Source: Psammoneis japonica (Eukaryota). Taken from it: DNA of 64,000 nt. The stretch is taken from the NCBI GenBank assembly GCA_008632985.1, contig QPGO01000054.1, positions 1 through 64,000 on the forward strand, read 5' to 3'. The translations under genes and the position numbers were made by a program. Each line of letters begins with the position of its first letter. Position 1 is the stretch's first letter. This document shows, in pieces, positions 48,471 to 61,677 of the stretch. The notes beneath the pieces are model-generated. The model was given only the letters and a program-made list of their open reading frames with translations, was not told where the DNA came from and did not search any database.

Positions 48471-51400
48471 ATGAGGACAAAGAGGCTCGGGGCCTATTTT
48501 GGCCTGTTCTTGCTGATTGGTGGACGCTTTCTCTGCGCAGCCGAAAATGATCACACGCCTTCGTTCGGTCTCGTCCAAAGAGACAATGGCGAAGCGAACA
48601 GTGAAGTACATTCCAAGATCAAATCAGACGATTTTGACGAGAGCATTGCCAGACTCTTAAGTGGTAAGGGAGGGAAAAAAGGTGGTTGGGGAGCGCCATG
48701 GAAGTACTCCAGACCGACCGAGAAAGGATATCTCAAACCGTCGATCCCCCCAGAATGCTACTGTCCTATCCCCGGCGGAAGCAAAAACCTTGGTAAAGAA
48801 AATGGTGGCTTCAGGAATGGTGGAAAGAAAGGAAAAGGATTTGGCAAGAAAAAGAGAAAGAAAGGCGAGAGATTTCTTCAAGATTTTGATGAACCTGTTT
48901 CAAGATATGATGCACCTAGGGAGCGCAACGAGCCTGACAAATATCATTTCTACGAGACCTACGAGCGCATCGATGTCTGTGATAACATTGTATGGGTGTG
49001 TCCAGATGCTTTGGAGAATCATTATGATGTTCTCTACTGTCCTGTAGTCAAGAACAAAGGTGCCATCGATACAAGCCTGCTCTACCCAAGTAAATCGAAA
49101 GTGTTAAGACACCTCCCCAAAGGCCATCCACTCTGTCTGTGTCCTAAAGATTCGGGTTATGCTCTGAAACCACCCCACACGGTTACATACCTTGCAACGA
49201 GCCCATCGAAAACAGCAACAGGATACTCTCGCAGGAGGAAAGGACGTTGGAGATATGGCAAGTACGGGAAGAATAGGTTTAATGGGAAGTACCGAGAAAC
49301 TCCGGCAAAAAGAATAGTTTCAAAAGGATACACCAAAGGGAAGGGGTTCATCGTTCTGCCACCTTCTCACTGCTTCAAGAAGCCAACTCCGCCACCAACC
49401 ACCAGCTCCCCCACGGCAATTCCACCCCTTCCGCCCTTTGCACCCCCAACGCCACCTCCGACCGATTCCCCGACAGCAATTCCACCCCTTCCGCCTTTCT
49501 CACCTCCCACACCGCCACCGACACCTAGTCCAACGCCCCCACCTACACCGCCACCGACACCTGATCCGACGCCCCCACCTACGCCGCCGCCGACACCTGA
49601 TCCAACGCCCCCACCTACACCGCCACCGACACCTAGTCCAACGCCCCCACCTACACCGCCACCGACACCTGATCCGACTCCCCCACCTACACCTACACCT
49701 ACACCTACGCCGCCTCCCACTCCAACGCCAACCACGCCTCCAACAGATGAGCCGACACCGCCACCAACTCCACCGCCCACTGCGACGCCTTCCTCAACGC
49801 CGACGAATATTCCTCCACTTCCTCCAGTCGCCCCGCCGACACCGCCTCCATCTTCAAGCCCTGCACCAAGCAATAGACCGAGTGCTATCCCGAGTGCTAG
49901 GCCTGAGCCAAGTGTCATTCCAAGCGCTATCCCGAGTGCTAGTCCTGCGCCAAGCAGCATCCCAAGCGAAGTGCCGAGTGTAAGTCCGGCACCAAGTACT
50001 TCGCCTAGCGCTATCCCGAGCGCGAGTCCTGCACCAAGTGATTCTCCCAGTTCAGAGCCGAGCGTCAGTTTAGCTCCATCGGAGTCTGTTGAGTGTGAAG
50101 TCGATGTAAGTTTTGTTATCTGACATACTATACGTCATCTTACTGGTGAAGCTTTCAAACTCAAACTTGTTCACAAAATGCTTTTGAAACTGAACAACAG
50201 GTCGAAATAACCTGCACGACCGGCGAAGGCGACCTCACCCAGAACTGCACCGACATAACAAGTCCAGATTCGCAGTGCGCTGGATATTCGAGCTTGACAT
50301 TCATCTACGACCCACGTCCTTGCGCGGAAGCAACGAACTCACAAAGTCAGACCACTATTTGTGAGGAAGATAACGGTGGTATCCCTGGAATCAATGACAC
50401 AGTTCAAGTTGTTTGCACTGAAAAAGATACAGACAACGCGCTTTTCAATGATCAGGTCGACAAAGGCGACACGGTCCAGATCTCCAACGTACCCAGTTCC
50501 GTTGAATGTACCATCCGCAATGTGACGAACCAGACCATACTTTATCAAAGGGTGACCTTTTTGACTGACGAACCCTTCAACTTGCTTCTCAACGATGAAT
50601 ATGGGAGTCTTACGCTCAAGGGCTGCACGGATGAGGAAGGAAATCAGCAACCAAGAGAATGCTTGATCGACGTGGACTACTTGATCACAGTCGAAAACGT
50701 CGGAAGTGACAACATGACATTAACACAAGCAGATCTTATATTGGACGGTATGGATCCGATTGATTTGCTCCCTGAGCTAGATACGGAGCTAGAACCAGAC
50801 CAAATCACAAACACCACAGAGACAGTGACTATCGACATTTGCGTTGAGGCGAACTATACAGCTAAGGTGGAGGTGGAAGCTAACCCACCGTTCGGTCCAA
50901 ACACTTGTGATGACGAAGATGGTTACGTCATTGAAATAGACCCCTTGCCAACGCCCTCACCGACACCAGTGCCGTCAGATATGCCAAGCCTGTCCCCAAG
51001 CGCATTACCAAGTGCCAGCCCGGCTCCAAGTTTAGCCCCAAGCAACGCTCCGAGCTCCAGCCCGGAGCCTACAGTCCACGATAGTGCTGCCCCAAGCTCA
51101 AGTCCAGCTCCAAGTGATTCTCCAAGTCGCGAACCAAGTTCAAGCCCAGCTCCGAGTAATGTGCCGAGCAACATGCCCAGCGCAAGCCCTGCCCCAAGCA
51201 GGACGCCTAGCAGCGAGCCGAGTGCTAGTCCAGAGCCGAGCTCCGTGCCGAGTAATGCGCCGAGCTCCAGTCCTGCACCTACAGTTCATGCTAGTAATCC
51301 ACCAAGCTCAAGTCCGGCTCCGAGTGATTCGCCAAGTGCAGCTCCTAGTTCAAGTCCAGTACCAAGTGATGCGCCAAGTGAAATACCTAGTGCAAGTCCC

Positions 51401-54400
51401 GCCCCCAGCAACGCACCAAGCACCGAGCCAAGCGCAAGTCCAGCCCCAAGCAATGCACCAAGCACTGAGCCAAGTGTTAGTCCCGCCCCAAGTTCGTCTC
51501 CAAGCGGCGTTCCTAGCTCGAGCCCGGCACCGACCACACATGATAGTTTTCCACCAAGCTCAAGTCCGGCTCCGAGTGATTCGCCAAGTGCATCTCCTAG
51601 TTTAAGTCCAGCACCAAGTGATGCGCCAAGTGAAATACCTAGTGCAAGTCCCGCACCCAGCAACGCACCAAGCACCGAGCCAAGCGCAAGTCCTGCCCCA
51701 AGCAATGCACCAAGCACCGAGCCAAGCGCAAGTCCTGCCCCGAGTTCAGAGCCAAGTAGCGCGCCGAGCTCGAGTCCTGCACCAACAGTCCATGGTAGTG
51801 CTGCGCCAAGCTCAAGTCCGGCACCGAGCAATTCGCCAAGTGCAGCCCCTAGTACAAGCCCAGCACCAAGCGACTCTCCCAGTTCAGAGCCGAGCGTCAG
51901 TTTAGCTCCGTCGGAATCTATTTTCTGTGCTGTCGATGTAAGTCTCGCTATCCGAAGGCCTAATTTTTCCTGATGGCGAAACCTTTCCTTCTTAATCTTT
52001 CCCTGCTTATTCCCTTTGAAACTTAACAACAGGTCGAGATAACCTGCACGACCGGCGAAGGCGACCTCACGCAGAACTGCACCGACATTACAAGTCCAGA
52101 TTCGCAGGTAGCAGGTTATTCGAACTTAACATTCGTCTACGACCCACGTTCTTGCGCGGAAGCAACGAACTCACAAAGTCAGACCAGCATTTGCGAGGAA
52201 GATAACGGTGGTATCCCTGGAATCAATGACACAGTTCAAGTTGTTTGCAATGAAAAAGACACAAACAATATTCTTTTCAATGATCAGGTTGTCAAAGGCG
52301 ACACCGTTCAACTCTCCAACGTGCCCAGTTCCGTTGAATGTACCATCCGCAATGCCACGAACCAGACCATTATTTATCAAAGGGTGACATTTATGACTGA
52401 TGAACCCTTTAACCTGCTTCTCAACGATGAATACGGGAGTCTTACGCTCAAGGGCGCCACGGATGCAAACGAACCACCCAGGGAGTGTTTGATCGACGTT
52501 GACTACTTGATTACAGTCGAGAACGTCGGAAGTGACAACATGACAATAACGCAAGCAGACCTTACATTGGGCGACATGGATCCGATTGATTTGCTCCCTG
52601 AGCTAGACACTGAGCTAGCACCAGACGAAATCACAAACACCACAGAGACAGTGACTATCGATAGATGCGTTGCGGCTAACTACACAGCCATTGCAGAGGT
52701 TGAAGCTAACCCACCGTTCGGTCAAAATACTTGCGAGGACGACGACGACTACGTCTTTGAAATAGACCCTTTGCCAACGCCGCAACCGACGCCGGCGCCG
52801 TCACAGAGTCCAAGCCAGTCTCCAACAGTAATGCCTTTGATCCCCCCTCCGCCGCCAACCACGACACCCTCCGTTAGCCCGGCTCCAAGTGAATACCCCA
52901 GCGATGCACCAAGCTCTAGCCCAATGCCAAGCGACGCTCTAAGCAATGCGCCAAGTGCAAGTCCGGCTCCAAGCACTGAGGGAAGCGCAGAGCCAAGTGC
53001 AAGTCCTGCTCCAAGCAATGTACCAAGCACCGTGCCAAGTGAAAGTCCCGCCCCGAGTTCGCCTCCAAGCGGCGTTCCTAGCTCGAGCCCGGCACCGACC
53101 ACACATGATAGTTTTCCACCAAGCTCAAGTCCGGCTCCGAGTGATTCGCCAAGTGCAGCTCCTAGTTCAAGTCCAGCACCAAGTGATGCGCCAAGTGAAA
53201 TACCTAGTGCAAGTCCTGCCCCCAGCAACGCACCAAGCACCGAGCCAAGCGCAAGTCCAGCCCCAAGCAATGCACCAAGCACTGAGCCAAGTGTTAGTCC
53301 CGCCCCAAGTTCGTCTCCAAGCGGCGTTCCTAGCTCGAGCCCGGCACCGACCACACATGATAGTTTTCCACCAAGCTCAAGTCCGGCTCCGAGTGATTCG
53401 CCAAGTGCAGCTCCTAGTTTAAGTCCAGCACCAAGTGATGCGCCAAGTGAAATACCTAGTGCAAGTCCCGCACCCAGCAACGCACCAAGCACCGAGCCAA
53501 GCGCAAGTCCTGCCCCAAGCAATGCACCAAGCACCGAGCCAAGCGCAAGTCCTGCCCCGAGTTCAGAGCCAAGTAGCGCGCCGAGCTCGAGTCCTGCACC
53601 AACAGTCCATGGTAGTGCTGCGCCAAGCTCAAGTCCGGCACCGAGCAATTCGCCAAGTGCAGCCCCTAGTACAAGCCCAGCACCAAGCGACTCTCCCAGT
53701 TCAGAGCCAAGCGTCAGTTTAGCTCCGTCGGAATCTATTTTCTGTGCTGTCGATGTAAGTCTCGCTATCCGAAGGCCTAATTTTTCCTGATGGCGAAACC
53801 TTTCCTTCTTAATCTTTCCCTGCTTTGAAACTTATCAACAGGTCGAGATAACCTGCACGACCGGCGAAGGCGACCTCGCGCAGAACTGCACCGACATTAC
53901 AAGTCCAGATTCGCAGGTAGCAGGTTATTCGAACTTAACATTCGTCTACGACCCACGTTCTTGCGCGGAAGCAACGAACTCACAAAGTCAGACCAGCATT
54001 TGCGAGGAAGATAACGGTGGTATCCCTGGAATCAATGACACAGTTCAAGTTGTTTGCAATGAAAAAGACACAAACAATATTCTTTTCAATGATCAGGTTG
54101 TCAAAGGCGACACCGTTCAACTCTCCAACGTGCCCAGTTCCGTTGAATGTACCATCCGCAATGCCACGAACCAGACCATAATTTATCAAAGGGTGACATT
54201 TATGACTGATGAACCCTTTAACCTGCTTCTCAACGATGAATACGGGAGTCTTACGCTCAAGGGCGCCACGGATGCAAACGAACCACCCAGGGAGTGTTTG
54301 ATCGACGTTGACTACTTGATTACAGTCGAGAACGTCGGAAGTGACAACATGACAATAACGCAAGCAGACCTTACATTGGGCGACATGGATCCGATTGATT

Positions 54401-56466
54401 TGCTCCCTGAGCTAGACACGGAGCTAGCACCAGACGAAATCACAAACACCACAGAGACAGTGACTATCGATAGATGCGTTGAGGGGAACTACACAGCCAT
54501 TGCAGAGGTTGAAGCTAACCCACCGTTCGGTCAAAATACTTGCGAGGACGACGACGACTACGTGTTTGAAATAGACCCTTTGCCAACGCCGCAGCCGACG
54601 CCGGCGCCGTCACAGACTCCAAGCCTGTCCCCAAGTTCATTACCAAGTGCCAGTCCAGCTCCAAGTCTGCCCCCAAGCGACGCTCCGAGCTCCAGCCCGG
54701 CACCTACAGTCCATGATAGTGCTGCCCCAAGCTCTAGTCCGGCTCCAAGTGATTTACCAAGTGCAGCACCAAGTTCAAGTCCGGCACCGAGTGATGCTCC
54801 AAGCAACCTACCAAGTGCAAGTCCTGCCCCTAGTGGCGCACCAAGCACAGGGCCAAGTGCAAGTCCGGCTCCGAGTTCCGCACCGAGTAATGCTCCGAGT
54901 GAGAGTCCGTTTCCGAGTGCAGCCCCTAGTGCGGCACCGAGCTCAAGCCCACAGCCCACAATTCATGATAGTGCGACACCGAGCTCAAGTCCAGCGCCAA
55001 GCGAATCGCCAAGCTCGGTTCCAACCGCAAGCCCGGCTCCAAGTAACTCTCCGAGTGCAGCACCGAGCTCAAGTCCGGCGCCGAGCGAATCGCCAAGCTC
55101 GGTTCCAACCGCAAGCCCGGCTCCAAGTAACTCTCCGAGTGCAGCACCGAGCTCGAGTCCGGCGCCGAGCGACTCGCCAAGCTCGGTTCCAACCGCAAGT
55201 CCGGCTCCAAGTAACTCTCCGAGTGCAGCGCCAAGCTTAAGTCCGGCGCCGAGCGAAAAACCAAGTGCAGTGCCAAGCTCAAGCCCGGCACCGAGTGACT
55301 CTCCGAGTGCATTCCCTAGCAGTAGTCCTGCACCTAGTGCTATTCCGAGTCAGCAACCTAGTGTAAGCTTTGTGCCCACGGAAGCTGCTGTATGCGATGT
55401 CGAAGTAAGTGAATGCTGGCGTCTCCCGTTGTAGATATCATCACTTCTGATTCGTTTCTCACCGTGCCCCGTTTCATCCGATGTTTGCATTACTTCGCAG
55501 GTGGACCTCAATTGTACCTACAATGGCGAGGATTGTAAGAACATCACACCTCCTGACGACCCACAATGCGAAGGATACCCCGATTTGACCTTCGTATACG
55601 AACCTCGGAAATGTGCTGAGATGAAAAATTCTCAAGGTGACAACTGCGATTGCGTAGACAACAGCAACAGCACCATCACCATTCCAAGTAATGAGAGTGC
55701 TTTTATTCTGTGCAGAGGTCCTCCGGATTCAACGGTCTATTTTGGAGACCTCGTCAATCCTGGTGACACCATTATGATGAAAGGGGTCCAATCTTTGTTG
55801 TTCTGTATCATTTCAGACCCAGATTACCCCTATACCATTTACCAGACGGTGGAGTTTCTAACAGAAGGAGTTGATTTTCTGTTGAAAGATCAGGTGGGAA
55901 GTCTCACGTTGGTGGGTTGCGAAGATGAAGATGAAGCGAAAAATTGCTTGATTGATATTGACTATTACATCACCATCGAAAATGTTGGTGGCATTGTCAT
56001 GAATATCACCTTAGCGGATCTTTTCTTGAATACGACGACGTCAACGACTTTTGAGTCGGAATACACGAACTTGCTTGACCAGCTCAATAAGACCGTCCTT
56101 GAAGTTGACGAGCTTGTTGACACAACGGTGTCAAAAGAAATTGATAGTTGCATCTTGGCGAAACATACAGCTCAGGTATTTGTTGAAGCGCTCCCACCTT
56201 ATGGTCAGAGGAAATGCCAAGACGAAGACGACCATGAGTTTGAAACGGATCCTATTCCGACTAGAATGCCGTCTGCTAGCCCGGCACCCAGCAGCGTACC
56301 GAGTTCAATGCCAAGTGTAAGTTTGATGCCCACCGAATGCCAGGGCATCTCGTTGGAGTTACGAAATTTCTTGATTGCAAACAACGGCACAGAATTTCTT
56401 CAACGCCCACCAGCTCGTGGCCGGTACCTACGAGGAGGTACCGGAGCGCTGTGCAATCCTAACTAA
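48471..56466 (+). CDS. Giant (~2,540 aa) secreted modular Pro/Ser/Thr-rich protein, likely cell-surface, cell-wall or mucilage associated
   Basis: Exons 48471-50105, 50201-51937, 52033-53754, 53842-55404 and 55501-56466, all phase 0, total 7,623 nt. Signal peptide, K/G-rich segment, PTPPPT repeats, and four acidic Cys-containing domains separated by PSxxP linkers. Confidence 0.85.
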
Positions 56467-57342
56467 GCCTCCCTCTAGAGAGAGAGAGAGAGTAGTCTGG
56501 GAACTCATCCCATCAAAAACAGAATCCTGGTGGCAGGGGCCACCAGGAATGACGTTGTGTCTTTTACTTTGCGTACCTTGGAAATCGGGAAACAAGCTAG
56601 CAACGGAGAGTAAATGTTGGACACACGACAAATCAAGGAAACAATGATAGAAGGGGCTATCATAACAACAAATTCGACTCGGGGTTTTCGGTCAATTTGT
56701 TTTGCATAAAGCGGTAACGCTAAATCAAACTTCATGTAACTTGTACTTGTAGGAGGCTTCTCGTAAACTTCATGCTCAGCTTATGCCAAAGCGATTGATG
56801 AGACGCAAAAGCATGATGGACTCAGATGGAAAACCTAAGCTTCTCCGATCGGCTTTGAGATTGTGATGCCATCACCATCAGGATGACATTAATGTGCAAA
56901 GCTGACACAGAGACATCAATGTCAGTGTCGAGTCGCTTGAGTGGAATGTCGCTCGACCTACCGTCGCCTGTAATCCTGTAGCACCTATTACGGGGCTTGG
57001 CGGCGATGAGTGCGTTGAGATGCCCGTCAATTCTCACGGCATAGCGTACAGTATCCTCAAGCCAAGTATTGGGGCTGCGTGCGGCTTTCAAACTACCGTA
57101 TAACTCCGTGGCCACACCTTTGCTGATGTCCTTGACATTGGGGCTTTCTCTGAGCTCTGACTGCACTTGTGTGCGGAACCGAAGTCTTTGTGGGTGTTGC
57201 TGCTTGTTCTTCTCCCGGTATGTGGCGTATGGCGTGTCCTTCTGTTTCCAAATCTCGCTCGCTCGAGCAATTCGACCGATCAACTGTCCTCTCTAGAGGA
57301 AAAGTATGGCTCTGGCGAATCCACCGCCATAATGACGCGCTT

Positions 57343-58929
57343 TCATCTGGCGGTGTGCTTTCGCAAGAGATCGAGATAAAGAAAGCCATAACCTTCATAT
57401 TCTAAACCCTGAGACAGATAACGCGGTAAGGTAGAGGAGAATCCAATTACTGGTTCAATCTGAATGAAAGACAAGCCAGTCACATATTGTTTAGCAGGGG
57501 AAATAAGACGTCAATGATTCATTCGTCACCCTACACAGACTTACTTGAGAGTCTTCATGCCATTCGTTCCATGAATTGATCAGGAGCATGTTTCCAGTTG
57601 ATGGCTCCACCATTTTCAGAGCTTCCTTCAATAATTCTTCAAACAGCGATCCAAATGGAGCTTCAGGTGAAAGTCTGCGCGACAACGCCGAGTGGTTAGC
57701 CTGTAGTCGCACAGACCGATCGTTAAATCCCGGACTAATAGCTGGAATGAAATCAACGCCTTGCTGCTGTGTACTATTCTGCCATCTCTGTTGCCGTGCA
57801 ATGTATTGATCCACTCCGCTTCTGTACGCATACCCGTTTGTCTTTTGTGTGCTTCCATAAACGTCGTAGTTTGTAACAGCGTCCAGATAGTCCAGTGGCA
57901 AAATGTCTGATCCAAACGAGTGATCGCCCACCAAGTAAATCCCCTTCTCTCCACATTTCAGAGCTGCGTTTCTCATAATCCTTGACGTATCTCTCATGAG
58001 ACCGAGTCCTTCAAACAGACGACTCAAATAGAAAACAACAACTGGTTTGTCGTCGATACGCAAATAATTTGGATGAGAAAAGAAGTGCTCACAAAGATGC
58101 GCAATGTCAGGTCCGGCTCGCTCCAAAATGAGAGTGGCATTGAACTGTTCCGTGGCATTCATGCTTCTGCCCATCGACTCGTAGTGAATGGCAATTTTGA
58201 GATCCCCGATATCTTTGTGAGGAAGAATGACATTGCGAACGGTTGTGTCTTCGTATAAGTTTGGTCCCCACCAACTCGTCACCCAAACTCGAATGTTTGC
58301 ATGCCTCGACCAAGCTAGGTGTTTCGCAATTACAGACGGATCACTGTCATCGTATTCTCCAAGCACTGGCGTTTGTCGAGGTATCAGATCGTGCCTATAA
58401 AATGAAATGAAATGAAAGAGTAGTATAATTTTTTAGTCGATGTGTTTTGCCGACAGATGTGACAGAGAACTCCACAACGTACAGAGAACTCGAAGATGTA
58501 ATCATACCTTAGATACTGCCCACCATGAAAGTTGCTGCCATACCACGGATAGTAATAAGCTGCCACGGTAATGTTTGAAAGCGGAAAGGGCGAAAGGTTT
58601 GGGGCTTGCGTAGGAGACTCGGTTGGCGGAAGCGTCGTGGGAGGATTCGTAATTCCGGGTTGAGAGGTGGGAGAAGATGCTGAAGAGACTATTTGACTCG
58701 TGTCTCCCACAAGGTAGCCAGCGAGAAACATAAGCCCAGCAGTAACTAGAAAGAGGACTATCACTACCAAAAGTTGCATTCTACGAAGAGAAGACATTTC
58801 GTTGCCGGTGCAGCGACTGTCGGCATCGTCAGCAAACCCGTCTTCTTCATCACGACTCGCTTCGTGTTCTGCGTGGCGTTTGTTTGTGTTTTGCTGTGAG
58901 CTAGCCACAAGGTTAGCCATTTCATACAT
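57343..58929 (-). CDS. Glycoside hydrolase family 99-like type II membrane protein; 3 exons
   Basis: Exons 58929-58508, 58394-57545 and 57459-57343. TM helix; AYYYPWY, LGEYD, SWWG, INSWNEWHEDSQIEP, YLDLLR. Confidence 0.85.
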
Positions 58930-59514
58930 TGCTGCGTTTTATCGAAAAGCGAGATGATGGCGAGAGCGTCTCTTTCTGTTATCTTTGCACGACCGAACGT
59001 CCAATCCGCAACAAGTGCGAAGCATCATCGTCGTGTCTCGCTCGTTCTGTGCTTGTTGCTTGTTTGTGATCTTCGCTCTTCGATCTTCGTGCAAGTCACA
59101 TATCCGTAAGTGAATGTTTTGGTAATTATGACGTCAGTCATACATTTTATTCGTACGAAGTTTCCGCTATATTCGTGTGAAGCATAGAATAAATGTATCC
59201 TTCAAATCCTGAGATTTTTTATTTTCTGTCTTTTCCCGCCAAGAGGTGACACGTGACCAAAGAGCCAACAACCACGGAACACGACAGCGAAACAAAACGG
59301 TGTTTTTGACAAGAAACGAAAGGCACGAGGTTCAAGATTGACCACGACATGTAGGGTTGCAGTGCACCGAAGGCACAAGTAACAATCACGCTCTAGAGAG
59401 AGAGAGAGAGATTAGTATCAGGGAAGCTTATTTTTTATTCAGTCCTTCCAATCGACATTGAACATACCGTTGCGAGAGTTTGATCAGAAGAGAGACAAAC
59501 GAAGTTCACAGAAA

Positions 59515-61677
59515 ATGCCGTCCCACATTCAGGTTGAAACAGCTTCCTCTTCTCCCGTCGAGTCGGTCGTGGTGGGTCTAGACACTATTGAAAAATCAAG
59601 GGGAAACCATGCCGCTGTCAAGCAGACAAACATTGAAGTTTGCGCGCGGGTACGGCCGCTCATGGTGGCATCGTCGTCGGGGAACAAGTTTTTCGAGAAA
59701 CGCAGTCATGTAGCGTCGAGTAGCAGACGTCAACCACCGCTCTCACCAAGTGGGACAAGACCAAGTCGTCCGAGCTTGATACCGGGAGGGAGTAGGATCC
59801 CTTCGCCACGCAAGCCTCCCATACCCGAACGGCAAAGCAATAGCGACGGGGACCGAAGAAACACACCTGCAAGCCCAAACAACTCATGTGGCGACGCTAC
59901 GATTTCAGCGTGGGATGTAATTGGAGATGCCACCGTGGCTCAATCTGCGGCAACAAAACCGGTACCGGGGAGAACTACATCTTATTGTCTGGACCGAGTT
60001 TATGGTCCGCACTCAACGACTGCATCGCTGTATGATCAATCTGTTCGCAATTTGGTGGTGTCTGCTATGGAAGGATATCACGCGTCCGTCTTTGCTTATG
60101 GGCAGACTAGCACTGGCAAGACATTTACCATGACTGGCACAAAGGAGTCTCCGGGTATTGCTCCTCTGGCGGTTCGAGATTGTTTCCGCTACGTAGCCAA
60201 TCTTAATTCTCCGAGGGAGTATCTGCTTCGCATGTCGTACATGGAAATTTATAACGAGCAAATTGTCGATCTCTTGGTACCGACTGCTGAGAGAAAGACG
60301 ATGCATCATGCCGCAATTCGTATTTTTGAGAGCAAACAAGAGGGGGTTATTGTCAGAGGTTTGCGTGAAGAAATTGTGTCTAGTCCAGAAGAGGTCTTCA
60401 ACTTGATCTCCGTTGGAGAAGCTCGGCGGCAAGTGGGGTCCACAAACATGAATACTCACAGCAGTCGGTCGCATTGCATATTTCGGCTAATTATCGAAAG
60501 TCGCACCCCAAAGTTTCGAAATCCATCCTCATCATCCGGTGCCAGCATATCGTCGTCTTCTACTGCGACCGAAAGTGTAGTTGGTGGAGGTCCGGTGCGA
60601 GTCTCGTCCCTCAATCTAGTTGATCTAGCGGGAAGCGAGTCGGCCAAGTTAACAGGCTCCTCAGGCGAACGACGAAAGGAGGGACAGTATATTAACAAGT
60701 CTCTCTCTACTCTTGGGCGCGTCATTTTCCAACTATCCGAGTGGTCTTCGCGCAACAGGAACACTTCCAACGGTACATCGACGCCGAGGCACATTCCGTA
60801 CCGCGATTCCAAATTGACTCGGTTGTTGCAGCCAAGTTTGTCAGGCAATGCTCAGATTGTAATCATTTGCAACATTTCTCCACAGTCGACCCACATTGAA
60901 GAGAGTCACAACACTCTCAAGTTTGCCATGCGTGCAAAACGGATTCAACAGACTGTAAGTGTGACGGAGGTTGTTGATGACAAGACTCTGTTGCAGACGT
61001 ATCGGGATGAAATTGAAGATTTGAAGCAACAACTAAAGGCAGCGCAAGAGGCGCAGAAGGTTCTTCAGGAGCAGCAAAAGGCGAGTGCCAGTACGGATGA
61101 AACAAGGGAGTTGGTTGAAGCTATTCAGAAGATGGAAAAGCTGATCCTCAAAGCGAATTCAGACGCGCAAAAGAAGAACAACACTGACATTGATGATGAC
61201 TTTTTGCTCAGTTCAAATCTTGACGGGTTGTTGATTGGGGATGACGATGTTTCCGGGGAAATTACAATGGGGGACAGCGCTGAAGAAGCAAAGGGCAATG
61301 TCGACGGGGATGTACAACTGGTGGGCGAGCTTCATCGTATACAGGGCCTGTTGGGTAACATGCTGAAAAGGAAAGGCGCATCGAATGCATCCACTCCCAC
61401 CAAACAGCCTGTTTCAGATCTTGAGCATTCCACGCCGGAACGGGACGTTGAGGTGGAGCAACTCCGAGCACAACTGCATGAGAAGGAAGTAACAACTTCT
61501 CTTCGCAAGGCGGACAGCAATTTTTTGCAAAGCCAACTCGTAGAAAAAGATAATCTCCTTAGGGAGGTTTCTAAGATCCTGGACGCACTCGAGAAGCGAC
61601 AGATAGAACTCGAAACAGAAAATGCAAAACTCAAGGATAAGATTGCGTTGTTGGAATCTGAAGAGCTGCTTATATGA
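59515..61677 (+). CDS. Kinesin motor protein, kinesin-7 / CENP-E-like
   Basis: FAYGQTSTGKT, SYMEIYNE, NTHSSRSH, LVDLAGSE, HIPYRDSKLTRLLQPSLSGN and a C-terminal coiled coil. Confidence 0.93.
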   Translation: MPSHIQVETASSSPVESVVVGLDTIEKSRGNHAAVKQTNIEVCARVRPLMVASSSGNKFFEKRSHVASSSRRQPPLSPSGTRPSRPSLIPGGSRIPSPRKPPIPERQSNSDGDRRNTPASPNNSCGDATISAWDVIGDATVAQSAATKPVPGRTTSYCLDRVYGPHSTTASLYDQSVRNLVVSAMEGYHASVFAYGQTSTGKTFTMTGTKESPGIAPLAVRDCFRYVANLNSPREYLLRMSYMEIYNEQIVDLLVPTAERKTMHHAAIRIFESKQEGVIVRGLREEIVSSPEEVFNLISVGEARRQVGSTNMNTHSSRSHCIFRLIIESRTPKFRNPSSSSGASISSSSTATESVVGGGPVRVSSLNLVDLAGSESAKLTGSSGERRKEGQYINKSLSTLGRVIFQLSEWSSRNRNTSNGTSTPRHIPYRDSKLTRLLQPSLSGNAQIVIICNISPQSTHIEESHNTLKFAMRAKRIQQTVSVTEVVDDKTLLQTYRDEIEDLKQQLKAAQEAQKVLQEQQKASASTDETRELVEAIQKMEKLILKANSDAQKKNNTDIDDDFLLSSNLDGLLIGDDDVSGEITMGDSAEEAKGNVDGDVQLVGELHRIQGLLGNMLKRKGASNASTPTKQPVSDLEHSTPERDVEVEQLRAQLHEKEVTTSLRKADSNFLQSQLVEKDNLLREVSKILDALEKRQIELETENAKLKDKIALLESEELLI

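Noticed and set aside
49367..55312. Antisense Gly/Leu/Ala-rich ORFs (e.g. 49367-49960, 51286-52029, 52749-53648)
   Set aside because: They are shadows of the Pro/Ser-rich repeats encoded on the plus strand.
56822..57283. 153-aa minus-strand ORF downstream of the GH99-like gene
   Set aside because: No recognisable domain; the GH99-like gene already terminates at 57343.
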